A stretch of 63,040 bases of DNA, filler included, from Octopus bimaculoides (taxonomy: Eukaryota): assembly GCF_001194135.2 (NCBI RefSeq). It is 5 parts of 4 records of this genome, joined end to end, with 100 filler letters (N's around TTAATTAATTAA, not from the genome) between each part and the next. Parts side by side here need not be neighbours in the genome. Positions count along the whole stretch, not along the records: positions 17,075 to 38,909 come from NC_068987.1; positions 39,010 to 49,593 come from NC_068981.1; 3 more parts are not named here. One strand, written 5' to 3'. Below are positions 23,884 to 39,058 of this stretch, in pieces. Each line of letters begins with the position of its first letter. Positions within the stretch are counted from its first letter, which is position 1. Under the pieces are notes generated by a model. The model ran no database searches, was not told where the DNA came from, and saw only the letters and a list, made by a program, of their open reading frames with translations. The position numbers and the translations under genes were made by a program.

Positions 23884-23903
23884 TTNNNNNNNNNNAATAC
23901 TAC

Positions 23904-23955
<52 letters not shown>
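23762..23955. repeat. (TAA)n microsatellite with small gaps
   Basis: Direct reading. Confidence 0.95.
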
Positions 23956-24854
23956 CCATCAAATCTGAAACCATCTCCAATCAGGAATTAAAAATCCGCA
24001 AAAACTATGAATGACAACTTTGTCTTAATGTAAGCCATCTCAGGAAACTGAAATATTTTTTTCTCATATGGAGAACATTAAAGCAAAACCACTCTATATA
24101 TGCACTTTGCTGTTTCGCCTCGGTGTCTCGCTGATACATCAATAATAATTATATGAACGAAAGAAACATCAACACATGTCCATTGCCGGTGTTCAGTTGC
24201 AAAGGTAAACGCTTAAAAACGAACCCATAACAATACCACACGAAAGGGAAAGAACGGTGGGCAGATAACCATGAATACTATGAAAAATGTGATTTATGAT
24301 TTACACACACAATTATCAAACACTCCTCCAAATCAAACAGTAATCAGCTCATACTGTAAATACCCAATAGAATGAACAAAGCCCACAATATGTGCTATAG
24401 AAGGTCGATACCCAACAGATAACATAACCTGCGCTGCACAAAAACACACAATGCAAAAATTAATACAACAGAAGACTCAAACCAAAGCCCATAACAAAAC
24501 ATAATGATACAATATCCCACCAAATCCCTCGAAAAAATTGAAAATGCTGCATACCCCACCACCCCACCGGCACAAATGCGCGACAAATGATAGAAGTTGC
24601 TTGAAACTATCAGATGTAGGAACTTAATAGTGGTGATGACGTTGGTGACGAACGTTACCTTACCTCAGTGTATGAGTGACAGAATTTCCCGATAGATTCT
24701 GGTTGTAAAAGCGAAAATTAAGCTGGACATCTAAGGGAGAGGCCTTTCACTCGACAACGGTTCAGTTAAGATGCAGACTGATCACAGATGTTATCCTAAT
24801 ATAGCATCGGCAGATAATATATTAAGGAGGAGGAAGTGGAGCAGTGAAGAAAAA

Positions 24855-25798
24855 AGGATAGCGATACAGTTCTACTCAGAAATTGAACCTAAAAGAAGGG
24901 GCTACAGAAAACAGATGTTATCACTTTGGGTAAAGAAGGGCATATGTTAGTAACTGAGCAGAGATTAATACATCAATCTAATGCTATTTGGAGAAGAATG
25001 TGAATGACAAAATTAGAGGGTAGAAGAGATTACAAGAGAACTGGAAAAGAAATGCCAGGCATTTGGAAAGAAAACAACAATATAAGAGACACAGCTGAAA
25101 CCAAAGACGAACCAAATGGAATAAATGATAATGGTGCTACCAATTAGGAAAGGACAACTGGTTCCAGTGACTTAAGTGATTTAAGTGAGGAAGGTCAGAA
25201 TATTGTAGTTGACTTGTAGACGTAATGAGTAAAGAAGAAAGAAAAAAAGATTGCCAGTATTAAAAGTCACCAACAGAAGGAAGTTGCTATAAATTATTAG
25301 GGAAGTAGATTCGGTTATTAGTAGGACAGATACTAAGAATAGTGGAGGCACTTACCTATTAAACTATGCAGGAGGTGCAGTAGCTACTAGAAGATTAGGT
25401 AAAGAGGAAGAAACAGCAAATGTGGAAAAGGAGACTACAAAATAAGTAAAGAAAAAAACTTACAAGATCTGAACAAACTAGAAACACACAAGATGCAAAT
25501 ACTTCGTTGAGAAAAGTAACTTAGTCAAAGAGAAGGTATTTAGGACAGTAATAGAAGATATGAAACAGCATATCATAGCAGAAGCAGACAAGCCCTTCAG
25601 ATATCAGAAAAGAATAGATCAGTATGAAGAGAATAGCTTATTTGAGACAGACCTGAGATTTTATAACCAAATATATAGTGATGAACGAAGTACTGAAGAT
25701 GAGAAGACAGATACAGAAGAAGCTAGAAATTTCTGAAGTAATATTTGGGATAAGCCAGTCAATCAGAAGGTAGATGCAGCATAGTTAAAGAAAGTAAG
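24855..25798 (+). mobile_element. R4/Dong-like (RLE-type) non-LTR retrotransposon, N-terminal region, decayed
   Basis: Pieces EPKRRGYRKQM, VTEQRLIHQSNAI, LNYAGGAVATRRLG, MWKRRLQNK and FRTVIEDMKQHIIAEADKPFRYQKRIDQYEENSLFETD...EEARNF*SNIWDKPV match the pre-RT region of this clade. Confidence 0.8.
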
Positions 25799-26019
25799 TA
25801 CCTATATTTCTCTCTCATTCTCATTCCCATTTTTCTCGTTTTCTCTCTCTGTGTTTATCTGTCTATACGCACACACACTCACACACATATATGTTTATGT
25901 GTGTGTATACATATTCAAACATACATTACAAACAACACACATATATATGTCGACGAAAGCATTGTTAGTGAATTTGTTAGACGGGAACTGAGAAACTCCT
26001 GTCATATATATGTTTGTGT

Positions 26020-26260
<241 letters not shown>

Positions 26261-26561
26261 ACCTAGGGTAAGTACCGGATTTACGGCAAGAAAATTACTG
26301 GGATGGTTTCAAGATTGTGCCGAAGCGAGTTTATAGTCTGATGACTCAAACTATTGAAAGGTAAATATGTAAAAGACACATGTATGTATGAATGTATGTA
26401 CGTATGTATACATACATACATAGATACATACAAGCATACATACATAAATACATACATGCATACACATATACATACATAAATACATACATGCATACACATA
26501 TACATACATACAAAAATACTAATAATAACAATCCTTGGATGAAATTTATAAACATTTAATG

Positions 26562-26771
26562 CATCGCTGCGCGAGTATCCAGTGATCACATGATTCTTCA
26601 GATCACAGTCCGTATGCCTGGGATAATTACAATGTAGTCCGAATTATCCGTGGCCATACGGTCAATGATGATGATCAACTGGATGCCGATGGATACTAGT
26701 CTGCAATCATCCCAGGAATACGGACTGTGATCTTAAGAGTCATGTAATCAGTGGAAGCGCGCGTAGCGATG
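26562..26771. repeat. ~210-bp fold-back inverted repeat (MITE-like)
   Basis: Arms 26562-26631 and 26702-26771 are reverse complements at roughly 80-85% identity (GATCACAGTCCGTAT.CCTGGGAT core). Confidence 0.85.
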
Positions 26772-26982
26772 ATTTATATATGTTAAAAATTCCATCTAAG
26801 AATTATTATCATCATTTCCTTTATCCTACGTCATAACGTTACAACTTGAAGCAACTGGCTCACTAGTCAGCAGCATTATGCAATTGGCAGCATATTCATA
26901 ATGTGTCCTATAAACAAATTAAAATTGTCCTCACACACACACACACACATACACACACACACATACACACACACACACACAT

Positions 26983-27014
<32 letters not shown>

Positions 27015-27974
27015 GTTGTTGTAAGTGTTTATGTGTATAATGCATATTATATATTATCACGTGGAATAGAACAGTCCACACCCAATATTTATGATATATC
27101 CACGCGAATAATATTAGGATTTGCTAGCTTGTACAGGGCATGGGGTCGTATAATGAATAAAATGAAGTCGAAACGAGTAAAAATACGCTTCATTGAATTC
27201 CGCAGTGGATAAAAAAGGGAATTTCATATCTCTAGCACATTTTTTTAAGTTGAGACCTACTGAAACACATATGTTTGATAAACTAATGAAGATTTCGTAA
27301 GAGATGAAATTCTGTTTATTTAGTGACTGATTATCTCAACTGTACATATTGAATGCATTGAAATTATCAATATTCGACGTCCTCCTCCTCCTCCTCATTA
27401 TCATCATCATCAACATCATCATCGTCATCGTCATCAACGTGATTGTCATCTCTTTCACACACACACAAACACACACACATATGTAAGTATATAAATATGA
27501 CATGCTGAAAAGCATGAATTTTGTATATAGTCTCTAAATGTATAACATCTGTTTAAACGGTACAAAACATCATTACTTAAAAACTTACGTAGTTAAGCCC
27601 ATTAGTTAGTTAATTTCTTTATAAGTGAAGTGTTATATAGTCGGGGAGAAAATAGAAATCGCGAATAATTAGCGATTTGTATACAATCTCGTTTGTGTTT
27701 AATTCAATAAAGGATAGATAGTAATATTTCACAGGAGCTGACTGTCTATGTTCTACTTGAATTTAAAGTTAATTAATTCTTTAATTATTTCAGTTCAAAC
27801 ATTATATAAATAACGATGTCTACTGTTATTTAATCCATGGTGAGTGCATTTAAATAATGAATAATAAATGAAAATAATGCTTTTCTTCTCTTTTCTTTCT
27901 AAATACGCTGTAATCAGTGATGGTACTTGGCCATCGTGTGTATATACATGCATACGTACAAACATAAACACACG

Positions 27975-28015
<41 letters not shown>

Positions 28016-29682
28016 TTAGGGAAAATAACCAATTTTCAAGAACTCATCGATGAAAATCCACTATCACATATAGAAAAATTAATAATTAAAAGCACAATAA
28101 ATGAGTATAATATAAAGTAAAGTAAATATCATAAGATAAATANNNNNNNNNNNNNNNNNNNNNNNNNNNNNNNNNNNNNNNNNNNNNNNNNNNNNNNNNN
28201 NNNNNNNNNNNNNNNNNNNNNNNNNNNNNNNNNNNNNNNNNNNNNNNNNNNNNNNNNNNNNNNNNNNNNNNNNNNNNNNNNNNNNNNNNNNNNNNNNNNN
28301 NNNNNNNNNNNNNNNNNNNNNNNNNNNNNNNNNNNNNNNNNNNNNNNNNNNNNNNNNNNNNNNNNNNNNNNNNNNNNNNNNNNNNNNNNNNNNNNNNNNN
28401 NNNNNNNNNNNNNNNNNNNNNNNNNNNNNNNNNNNNNNNNNNNNNNNNNNNNNNNNNNNNNNNNNNNNNNNNNNNNNNNNNNNNNNNNNNNNNNNNNNNN
28501 NNNNNNNNNNNNNNNNNNNNNNNNNNNNNNNNNNNNNNNNNNNNNNNNNNNNNNNNNNNNNNNNNNNNNNNNNNNNNNNNNNNNNNNNNNNNNNNNTATA
28601 TATATTAAAACGTAAAATGAAAACAGAACACGAAGGATTCCGTGAGGCACGTGTTTCAAGCTTTTTACACAAACAGTCGTTGCATCATTATATATGAGTA
28701 TATAATTGATAGAAAGGATGGTTAAAAGCTATCTTCAGCGGCAAATATATTCAGTCCCAAGATTACATCACAAAGAAGAAATCACAAATAAAAAAGAAAA
28801 AGAGGGAGAGAAAGGATAGAGAAAAAGGAAAAGTCCATTTGGTATTATCCATTGTAATATGCTTGTCCTTTAAATTGTTATATTTACATAGTATTTTCTC
28901 TGTATTCAAAAATCCGGTACAATATCGACAGATTTTATCCAATGTTTATGAGACCCACATTGTAATGTTATTCACACGTATGTGGCAGTAGTCGTGCTGC
29001 TGCTATTGCTAGTACTGCTAATAATACTACTTCTACCAGTAATGCTAGTGCTGCTGCTACAACGATTCAACCCGAATTTTTACACCCACGGAATGCTTGA
29101 TATCACTCTGCACTTTTTCAAGCGCATTTATAAAGTCCTCTGTTTTAGGAGCGATCCAGTGTTATGTCATTGCAACTCATGCATTCTCATCCAAACCTCC
29201 TATTTTCCTCAGATAACTTTTGATTTACCCAATCACACACTGCCTTCAGTAAGAACTACACACTGTCCTTTCTCTCCAGATCTAAGGCTTGAGAAATTTT
29301 TTCCCTCCTCATTTCTTAGAAAGCTTTCGGATGAAATGTATGGATTCAGTCTCAATGGTGTGGGAGGACCTGAACAAGAGATGGATATATCTCTACCTTA
29401 ACATCCAGCAAGTAAAAGAAAAGAACGCCCAAATTATGCCTGCTGACGCATGCATTTGTACATAAGAATAAGTGATATATAAAAAGCTGGGCGACAATTG
29501 AATCGACCAGTAAGAAATGAAATAAAAATGCATGTACACATAGAAACGTATGTACATGGACACACGCACACACGCATATACACACACACGCGCGCGCGCA
29601 CACACACACACACAAACACAGATATATAGAATAGAGACATACATAGATGGTTATATAAACAGATAGATATATGAATATACAT

Positions 29683-30044
29683 ATATATTTATTTATATTA
29701 AGGGCATTACTATACATAAAGGCCTCACTCTAGGAGGGATTATTAAAGTCAAAATTACCATAATAAGCACATTGTACCGAACGCGATGGAATGCAACTCT
29801 TGAAGGGAGCATTTTTAAACGCAGATCATATGATTTAATAATTAGTGTACAAAATGCATTCTTGTGCATTAATTATGAAATCATATCATCTGCGCCTTAA
29901 TCTGTGTTTTATGATACTAGCTTCGAAAGTTGCATTCCCTCGCGTTCGGTACAATGTGATTATTATGGTAGTTTTGATTTTTAAGAGACCCTCCTAGAGT
30001 GAGGCATTTATGTATAGCAATGCTCTTAATATAAATAAATATAT
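29683..30044. repeat. ~360-bp near-complete palindrome (fold-back MITE)
   Basis: CCTCACTCTAGGAGGG/CCCTCCTAGAGTGAGG, CACATTGTACCGAACGCGA/TCGCGTTCGGTACAATGTG and CGCAGATCATATGATTT/AAATCATATCATCTGCG pair symmetrically. Confidence 0.9.
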
Positions 30045-30599
30045 TTAAAGGGAATAATTAATATTTTATTATGAGGTTTTCTCACGCTAACAACTTATCA
30101 ACATTTTATCCTAGTTTTATATAAACATATACACACACTTAAATAAAACATATATAATGAATCGCAGACTCCAGAATACATATATAGTTGCACGAACGAA
30201 CGTGTGCATAATCTGAGACACATTTGTTCGCACGCCTTCATGCGTGTGGTTCATCACATGTTTTGAACTCGTGAATCTGTCAAACATATTAAAGTATTTT
30301 GAATTCCATAAAAGATAAAGTAGAACCATTATTATGATTTCAGGCATATAACTGCATTATCCACTTCAAATATAGATATCAACCGTTAAACTGCTTATGT
30401 ACAGTGTATGGCATTTCAAAAGAATCCAGTCATAGATATAAAACACACAGTCATTTATATGTGTGCGCGTGTATACACACACATACACACACGCACAAAC
30501 ACACACGCACATATGCATATATATACATAAGTATGTGTGTGTCGATCTGTCTGGCTTCTACATATGTATGTTCTATGTCGAGAATACACTTTCACATGC

Positions 30600-31225
<626 letters not shown>

Positions 31226-33580
31226 CGTAGTGATGCTGTTATTAATTTAAAATAACTTTATTTTGTGAAATTTTAAAGTTTGTATGTAACAAATTTATGA
31301 TGATTACATGATATTCGTTGTTCCGTTTGTGATACAATTAATCAGGCATGTGTTAAACGAATATACTTAATATCATTTGCGATTTTAATACAGAAGTCTT
31401 TGGACGTAGCATTTCATATGATGCGTGACAGCAGTAGGTAATTCAAACATCAAAATCGGTTGCTTTACTTTTTTATATTTTCGTTTGCCCAGTCAGCTGA
31501 TCTCAAACATTTGCTAGACTGATGGGCACTAAGTAACCTTCCTCGCTGTGTTGACATGTCATTGTTATAATGTACGGTTGAATAACCATATTTAAGGACT
31601 CATAAACATATATAATTCACTAATTGACTAAAAAGCTTTCATTTTCTATTTTTATAAATATCTTAAGCGGCATATTATTGAACTCAAATATGAAGAGAAG
31701 AATTTACCTAATATTGGTTTCGAATCATTGCACAAGACCAACAATTTCGAGGGGCATGCTTAGTTGATTAATCAATATCAGTGTTCAACGGAAGGATGAA
31801 AGGTAGTCATTCGAACTGCTCAAATTAGCTTTTAAAAACATCTGTATAAAAAGCAAGGACAAATTAGACAAACGAACAAAGTTACTTGGCATAGGTAACA
31901 ATTAAAATTCAGAGGATCATGAATGCAATGCGCTTAATTATATGTATGCAGGTACAAGATGGTTCTGGTCGAAATACAACACGTCAATGCTGTCAGTCAA
32001 AAAATTATGCTTCTTCGGTGATTTCACCCCATCTAACAGGTAGTAATCAACAAGGAAATATATCTTGTTTCAGTGAGAGTTTTGTCTCGGACACTATTAA
32101 AGTAGACTGAAAATTGTCGGGGAATTATTCACATAGTATTCAGAGAGGAATTCTGTCGGGAAAAACACTTTTGCTGTGACTCCTAGGAGTTAAATGCCAA
32201 TCATCATCACTGATTTGGAACAACTGTCGTGCCAAGCCGAAGTCAAGTTGGCAACATATAAAATGAACGACTTCACGTATGACACGTGATTAAGTCTGAC
32301 TTGATTTGGACTTCTTAACATTTATTTCAGAGTATTTATTTTTGCCTAATATATGTTGTGTATTTTGGCCTAATCGATATGGTCATATTTATTCCACGAG
32401 AAAAACAGCATCTCATGTGCTCTGCAATATCAAAAAATCCGATTATATTCATACCTGAAACGTTGAAACGTGAAATATTTCAGGGCACACATTTCTGTAA
32501 GGTCATTGAAAAGATCAAACATCAGTATATGTTTCAAATGACCTGGAGGAAATTGAAAATATCTGGATTTTTAATTAGCAAACAGTGCGTATGTTAGGCT
32601 ATTTCGGTTTAATACAGAAGGGAAAAGAAACTCATTGCAAACGCTGTCATTTTCAATGACATTGACTAATATACAGCAACTTCATTACTTTAAAATAATA
32701 ATATTCAAAGCATAGTCATGGAGTTTTTGTAATCGTATAAGATTCAAGAATTGAGAATCATCTCAAGGTTGTAAGAACCATTCAAGCACCCAATTGTAAT
32801 AGCTGTAACACAATCACACTATCGAATAATATTTACTGATATATATATATATATATATATANNNNNNNNNNNNNNNNNNNNNNNNNNNNNNNNNNNNNNN
32901 NNNNNNNNNNNNNNNNNNNNNNNNNNNNNNNNNNNNNNNNNNNNNNNNNNNNNNNNNNNNNNNNNNNNNNNNNNNNNNNNNNNNNNNNNNNNNNNNNNNN
33001 NNNNNNNNNNNNNNNNNNNNNNNNNNNNNNNNNNNNNNNNNNNNNNNNNNNNNNNNNNNNNNNNNNNNNNNNNNNNNNNNNNNNNNNNNNNNNNNNNNNN
33101 NNNNNNNNNNNNNNNNNNNNNNNNNNNNNNNNNNNNNNNNNNNNNNNNNNNNNNNNNNNNNNNNNNNNNNNNNNNNNNNNNNNNNNNNNNNNNNNNNNNN
33201 NNNNNNNNNNNNNNNNNNNNNNNNNNNNNNNNNNNNNNNNNNNNNNNNNNNNNNNNNNNNNNNNNNNNNNNNNNNNNNNNNNNNNNNNNNNNNNNNNNNN
33301 NNNNNNNNNNNNNNNNNNNNNNNNNNNNNNNNNNNNNNNNNNNNNNNNNNNNNNNNNNNNNNNNNNNNNNNNNNNNNNNNNNNNNNNNNNNNNNNNNNNN
33401 NNNNNNNNNNNNNNNNNNNNNNNNNNNNNNNNNNNNNNNNNNNNNNNNNNNNNNNNNNNNNNNNNNNNNNNNNNNNNNNNNNNNNNNNNNNNNNNNNNNN
33501 NNNNNNNNNNNNNNNNNNNNNNNNNNNNNNNNNNNNNNNNNNNNNNNNNNNNNNNNNNNNNNNNNNNNNNNNNNNNNNNA

Positions 33581-33690
33581 TAGAATAAGTACTAGGCTTC
33601 TAAAGAATAAGTCCTGGGGTCGATTTTTTCTACTAAGGGCGGTGCTTCAGCGTGGCCGCGGTCAAATAACTGAAACAAATAAAAGCATAA
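33581..33690 (+). mobile_element. SINE family A 3' end
   Basis: AGAATAAGTACTAGGCTT..AAAGAATAAGTCCTGGGGTCGAT...GGCGGTGCTTCAGCGTGGCCGCGGTCAAATAACTGAAAC. Confidence 0.9.
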
Positions 33691-33989
33691 ACGAATATAT
33701 ATATTGCAGTGTATGTATACGTATACATATAGACATATGTCCATATCCACACATACACACACACACACATACATATATACACACGCACACACATGTGACG
33801 ATATTTGGGTGTTTATCGGTGAATAAAGTTCATCATAATATTTCTCCATCAGTTATATCCTTATATTTTTTTTTTTTATATTTGTTAGGTATATTACTAT
33901 ATTCTCTGTATGGCCTGAATTGCTTGAAAGCATCCTCTGGAGTGACGAGTCTCTATTGCATATTAGTGGTTTTGTCAACCATCACAACT

Positions 33990-34195
33990 GCCCTTACTGG
34001 TCCTCGTGTGATAAGGATCCGAACGGGACGGTTGAACGACGCAAGCCCGACCAAATGTGACCGTGGGTGTGGAATGACGGCAACAAGTGTCGTCGGCTCA
34101 TATCTTCTGCGTGACACCATGAATACGGATTGTTATATTCAGATACTCGAAAATTACGTGTGGCATAGGGTGTATGCCACTCTGAGGTATTACAA
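33990..34195 (+). mobile_element. IS630-Tc1-mariner transposase fragment
   Basis: YWSSCDKDP..VERRKP and CGMTATSVVGSYLLRDTMNTDCYIQILENYVW resemble VTVWCG.S..GVIGPYFF..TVN...Y..ML..YV.P. Confidence 0.65.
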
Positions 34196-34261
34196 AACCA
34201 GGTAAAAGTACGAATCATGGACGTGCATTTAAAAAAGTTTAACTGGAATTGCTTTGGAGTC

Positions 34262-34326
<65 letters not shown>

Positions 34327-36117
34327 TGTATGTATGTATATATATACACACACGCACACACACACAGGTGCGTGTGTGGTTATGGGTGTGTGCATGAGTG
34401 CGTGCGTGTGCGACCGCATTCTCCTTCGAGCCTTGATCTAAGCATGCATAAGTCAGGCTGATATAATGAGCGTTAGGAGACAGTTGATCATAAAGTATTC
34501 TTAGATTGATGTTCACCAACATTCTACTAGAGATGTTATGCAACTCTATTGAAGTAGATTATAAGAAGAGACGCTTTACGTATTTAGGTCATGCATTGCT
34601 CTAATCCCAGAACCTTCAAAGTGATACTAAAATGATATTGATTAATTGAGTATTCTATCCTCGGTTAGCTACCGGGATATTTGTTTTCTCTTGGAAATAC
34701 ATGGTGGCTACCCATAAAGAATATCAATGCATGTAAACCACGAAATCCTGAGAAATTAACACTGACGTTTTACCTTTGTCCTAAACAACTCTTTAAAAGT
34801 ATCATCCTAATACCCATGAAATTTTGCCTGACCAAATCACAAATGCTATCGAAAAGACAACCACGAGGAAAATAATGTATAACGCTAAAGCAATGTGTTG
34901 CGCGAAACCAAACGTGACATTGCACTATGCTGATAAAATATCCCATTCCAGAGTTCATTAACATAGAAGCATAACAGAGAAAGAAAAAGTAGTTGAATTC
35001 AACGTTGCATCAGTCAAAAAACTATTTAAGGTAAGTCTTAAAAGAAATTTTATGACAAACAGAAGAGAAAGTTAATGTTTTTTATCTGATCAACAGTTTC
35101 CAATTCCTAACAATCAGTTCCATACTTGGTAAAATATTTAAATACTTAAAAGAGCTTAGTAGGTAATACGATCCACATATTCAAGTACATACATTCCTGC
35201 ATTTTATATGTGAATGCTTAGGCGTGCACGCCAACATACAGGCGTAAACGCACGCACACATGCGTGCTTGAATCCCTATATACATACAAAATTATGTGCC
35301 TAAATGCATGACTATATTCGTTTGACAAAGCGTTGAATGTAGGCTGGAAACGGATTCTTCGTTGGTGAGAATTTCTAAAATATAACACACACAAAACAAT
35401 AATACAGATGAGAGAAATATCTTAGAAAGCTAAGGCACTTATTTAGGGAATGAGCATCTACATTCATAAACGCAGATTAGAATAAAAGCCTATGTTATAT
35501 AATTAACCATTATTTTGCGTAAAGGTATTTTCTTCACATAAAGGAGTTAGGAAGCATTCTTAGAGAAATCCGTTTCTATTCTCTGGAATCCACTTCTAAA
35601 CATGCTTTCTCTTTAGATTTCCTAAACAACAAGTCTTAAACATGAACTATTGAAATTCCTCATAAGTGTACACACCGTTTGCATGTATTTTTAATTCTTT
35701 AAACCGCATTGGATTGGCTTTATAAAACTCTTTAAACATATGTTTACCCAGAGGTAAATGATTATTACATACCAACGTTAATGTTTCTGAGTTTGCTTAT
35801 CTTAACCTTATGCTTGATTCAGAACTGTTCCGAGAATATTATTTATGAACAGTTGATGCAAAACTGTCTTATTTATTGTATTATACTGTAGATACATTGT
35901 GAGTGTTGTTGGTATGCCCAGAGATGGATTAAGCATCCAAAACTTCGCGGCACCAAGCATGGTGGTATAAATGGCTTTCTGAGATAAACACAATTGCACC
36001 AATCTTACGCCTAGCCCAAAACATGTCTTCATAAGATAATTAGGTTGCAGTTTCTTGCTGCGAATGTCTTTTCGCCTCCGGCTTTCACGTTATTACTATT
36101 CGTAGAGTAGCACTAAC

Positions 36118-36192
<75 letters not shown>

Positions 36193-38909
36193 ATATATAT
36201 ATATATATATATATACAACACACATGTATTTATATATGTCGATGCATGCATGTATGTATGTGTGCATGAGCGTTTGTGTGTACGTGTGCACGTAATGTCT
36301 ACGTAATACATATATATGTGTATATATAGAAAGAGTGAAAATTAGATTCACACACATACATATACATGTATGCTTAGACACACGCTCGCGGGCAGACACA
36401 CACACGCACACACACACATACACACAAATATATATATATGGTTCATCAAAATTTATGCTTGCATTTATTTTATTGGTTTGTTTAGGACTAAGAACTATTT
36501 ACCTGAGGCTCGAAGCATTAAACGAATTCTCATATCTAAAGACGCTTCAGAGACTAAATGGATATTTAGACTAAATTTCCAACTAATCTATTATTTTCAA
36601 ACTGAGACACTAAATCTAGCAATACATTGAATAAATGGCGTAAGAGAAGATACAAATAATGTTAAAACATTTCAGTGTAAATAGTTGAAACATTATTCCT
36701 TATATAAAATGAAAATAAACGACTACCAAAGTTACTGCCATTCACTTACTGCTATTCATAAGTTTTCCTCATAGAGAATGTTCTCAGTCGAAATTATCAA
36801 ACATAATTCAAGCCGTTTCGTGCGCAATTTATAAGTATGTTTACATTCTCGAACTGTAAAGATTTGTAAGTAACTGCACAGGATATACGAAGCGAACTCA
36901 GCATATTTGGTTAAGTGTGTGCCTCCTCTTTGTCACTTAACGTTTTACTTAAAACAAACATATATGGTTACTAGTATCGTTTTATTCAGAAATAACATTT
37001 AATCTTCGATCTTCGTGACTGGAGATCACTAGGCGTTTAAACAGAAACAATAAGATTGGAATGTAGATGCTCATTTCTGTAAGAAAATTCTAAATTGGCC
37101 ACTGACTGATGGTGGAATTACAGTGGCATTCGATCAGTGGATTCACAATTGTAAAATACATAGCGTCCTTCGTTTGTATCCAAAGAGCAAATATTCACTG
37201 CTGCCTTACCTCCTTCCTAATCTGTCAATAACAACTAAGTCATATATTGTTGTTGGGTATATAGGCAACACATGTGTGACACACGTCCCAGGGTTGTATT
37301 GAGATAAAGGATCAATATTATGATTATACAAAATAATAATATTTTTTTTTTTGAGAAGAACCAGAAATTCTTCATGTTTCAATGCGAAAATTTGTAGATA
37401 AAAAGTTTCTACGGTAAGCCATTCCATATTTACAGGTATCTGTGAAATAAGATCCCCTACATGTATATTCCAATGGTTCTGATCAATATACGGAATAGCA
37501 AAACTATTCTGAAACAGTAAGTATGTGTCAAATTTTTGGTCTTTTTAAAACTCTTTAAAACTCTTGTAACTATATGTATCATTGCGAAAAGATACCTCCC
37601 ATATATATATATATATATATATATATACGAAATCATATGTAGCTGTTGGGGTAGATATGCTGGTAGGATCCGAAAATTGTGTACTTAGACCGACATACAC
37701 CAAGTATTAGTAGCTATAATGTAATACATGAGGAAACTATAGTTGAAGAATGTGTGTCTTAGATAAGGCATTCAACTGGTTACTCGCAGTAAAATGGTTC
37801 TAAGTTGATTAATTACTACATACACTTATAGTAATTCATTTAGTTTGTATTTTATTACTGCTATTAGTGATGTTGTAGCTGTTATTAGTGTACTTGTTTT
37901 CATGATGATCATCATTGCCGTCATCATCGACATCATCACCATCATAAAATCCTATTTCCCAGGAAATAATTAATAAATTACACATATCGAAATGCACAGG
38001 AGATTGAACTGCATCCATTTTTACTTAGTTTTCTGATGGATAGAGGCATCAGTTCACTTCCCCATCCTGGTTAGAATATCTACAAATGATTATCTTTCAA
38101 TTCAGTTATCGTTCCCAATAACCCAGGCAACAGTAACTTAATAATTACGAAGGATACCAATACATAATTGACCATACATATTTTGATTCTTTATCCCTCT
38201 TTTGACAAAAATGACCAACGCGTACTAATAATGGTCCTGTAAGTGATGAAGCTACCCGTTACTAAACTTGGTAGAATTTTAATAAGTACTGTGATTTATG
38301 TAGAGCATTTTATCGTGAAGTAAAAAATAGATATTTGACTAGAATAAGTACCAAATATATTCAAGTGTATATTGCAAAAATCTTCTCGTCAAACGCTACT
38401 TTATGTGGGAAATGGTTTAAAATAGAACAAATCAATTTAAATGAATTACGCTTTAAATTTAATCTTCAAATTCTAAAATAATGTGATGTGAAAATATACC
38501 CACAATAAGAGACATGAAATTAGTGAAAGTGAGTCGATGAATCTAGAGAGAAACAGAGAGTGAGAGAGAGAGAATCATAGATAAGGATATAACATAATAA
38601 ATGTTTATTTGTTTGACAAGAATGTAAGCCAGCATTCATGACTGTATAAATGCAGATAGTAACATACATAAATTGCACAGGTAAACATACACATTCAAAC
38701 GGAAATAAACGCGATAACACCAGTGCACATGCGTGCAGAAGCGTGTGTGGGAAGAGTGAATGTGCCTGCATGAATAACAATTTCTTAAGTAGTTCAGTGT
38801 ATTGAGTTCTCTTTTACATTACTGGTAATATTACTGCGTAAGTAATCACATTTTAGATTAATTATATGTAAACATACACCAATACATGCATTTATATATA
38901 TATATATAT

Positions 38910-39009
38910 NNNNNNNNNNNNNNNNNNNNNNNNNNNNNNNNNNNNNNNNNNNNTTAATTAATTAANNNNNNNNNNNNNNNNNNNNNNNNNNNNNNNNNNN
39001 NNNNNNNNN
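38910..39009. other. artificial scaffold joiner
   Basis: N44-TTAATTAATTAA(38954-38965)-N44. Confidence 0.9.

Positions 39010-39058
<49 letters not shown>

Noticed and set aside
24130-24470. Cys-spaced fragments reminiscent of a PHD finger (LINE ORF1-like)
   Set aside because: Too decayed; the spacing is not convincing without an alignment.
24600-24850. Possible HDV-like ribozyme in the 5' region upstream of the R4-like fragment
   Set aside because: I could not thread a P1/P1.1/P2/P3 double pseudoknot by eye.
31913-32588. Open frames with AG/GT ends (EDHECNALNY..., GTHFCKVIEK...)
   Set aside because: Weak polypyrimidine tracts, no recognisable protein, and an implied 34-nt intron.
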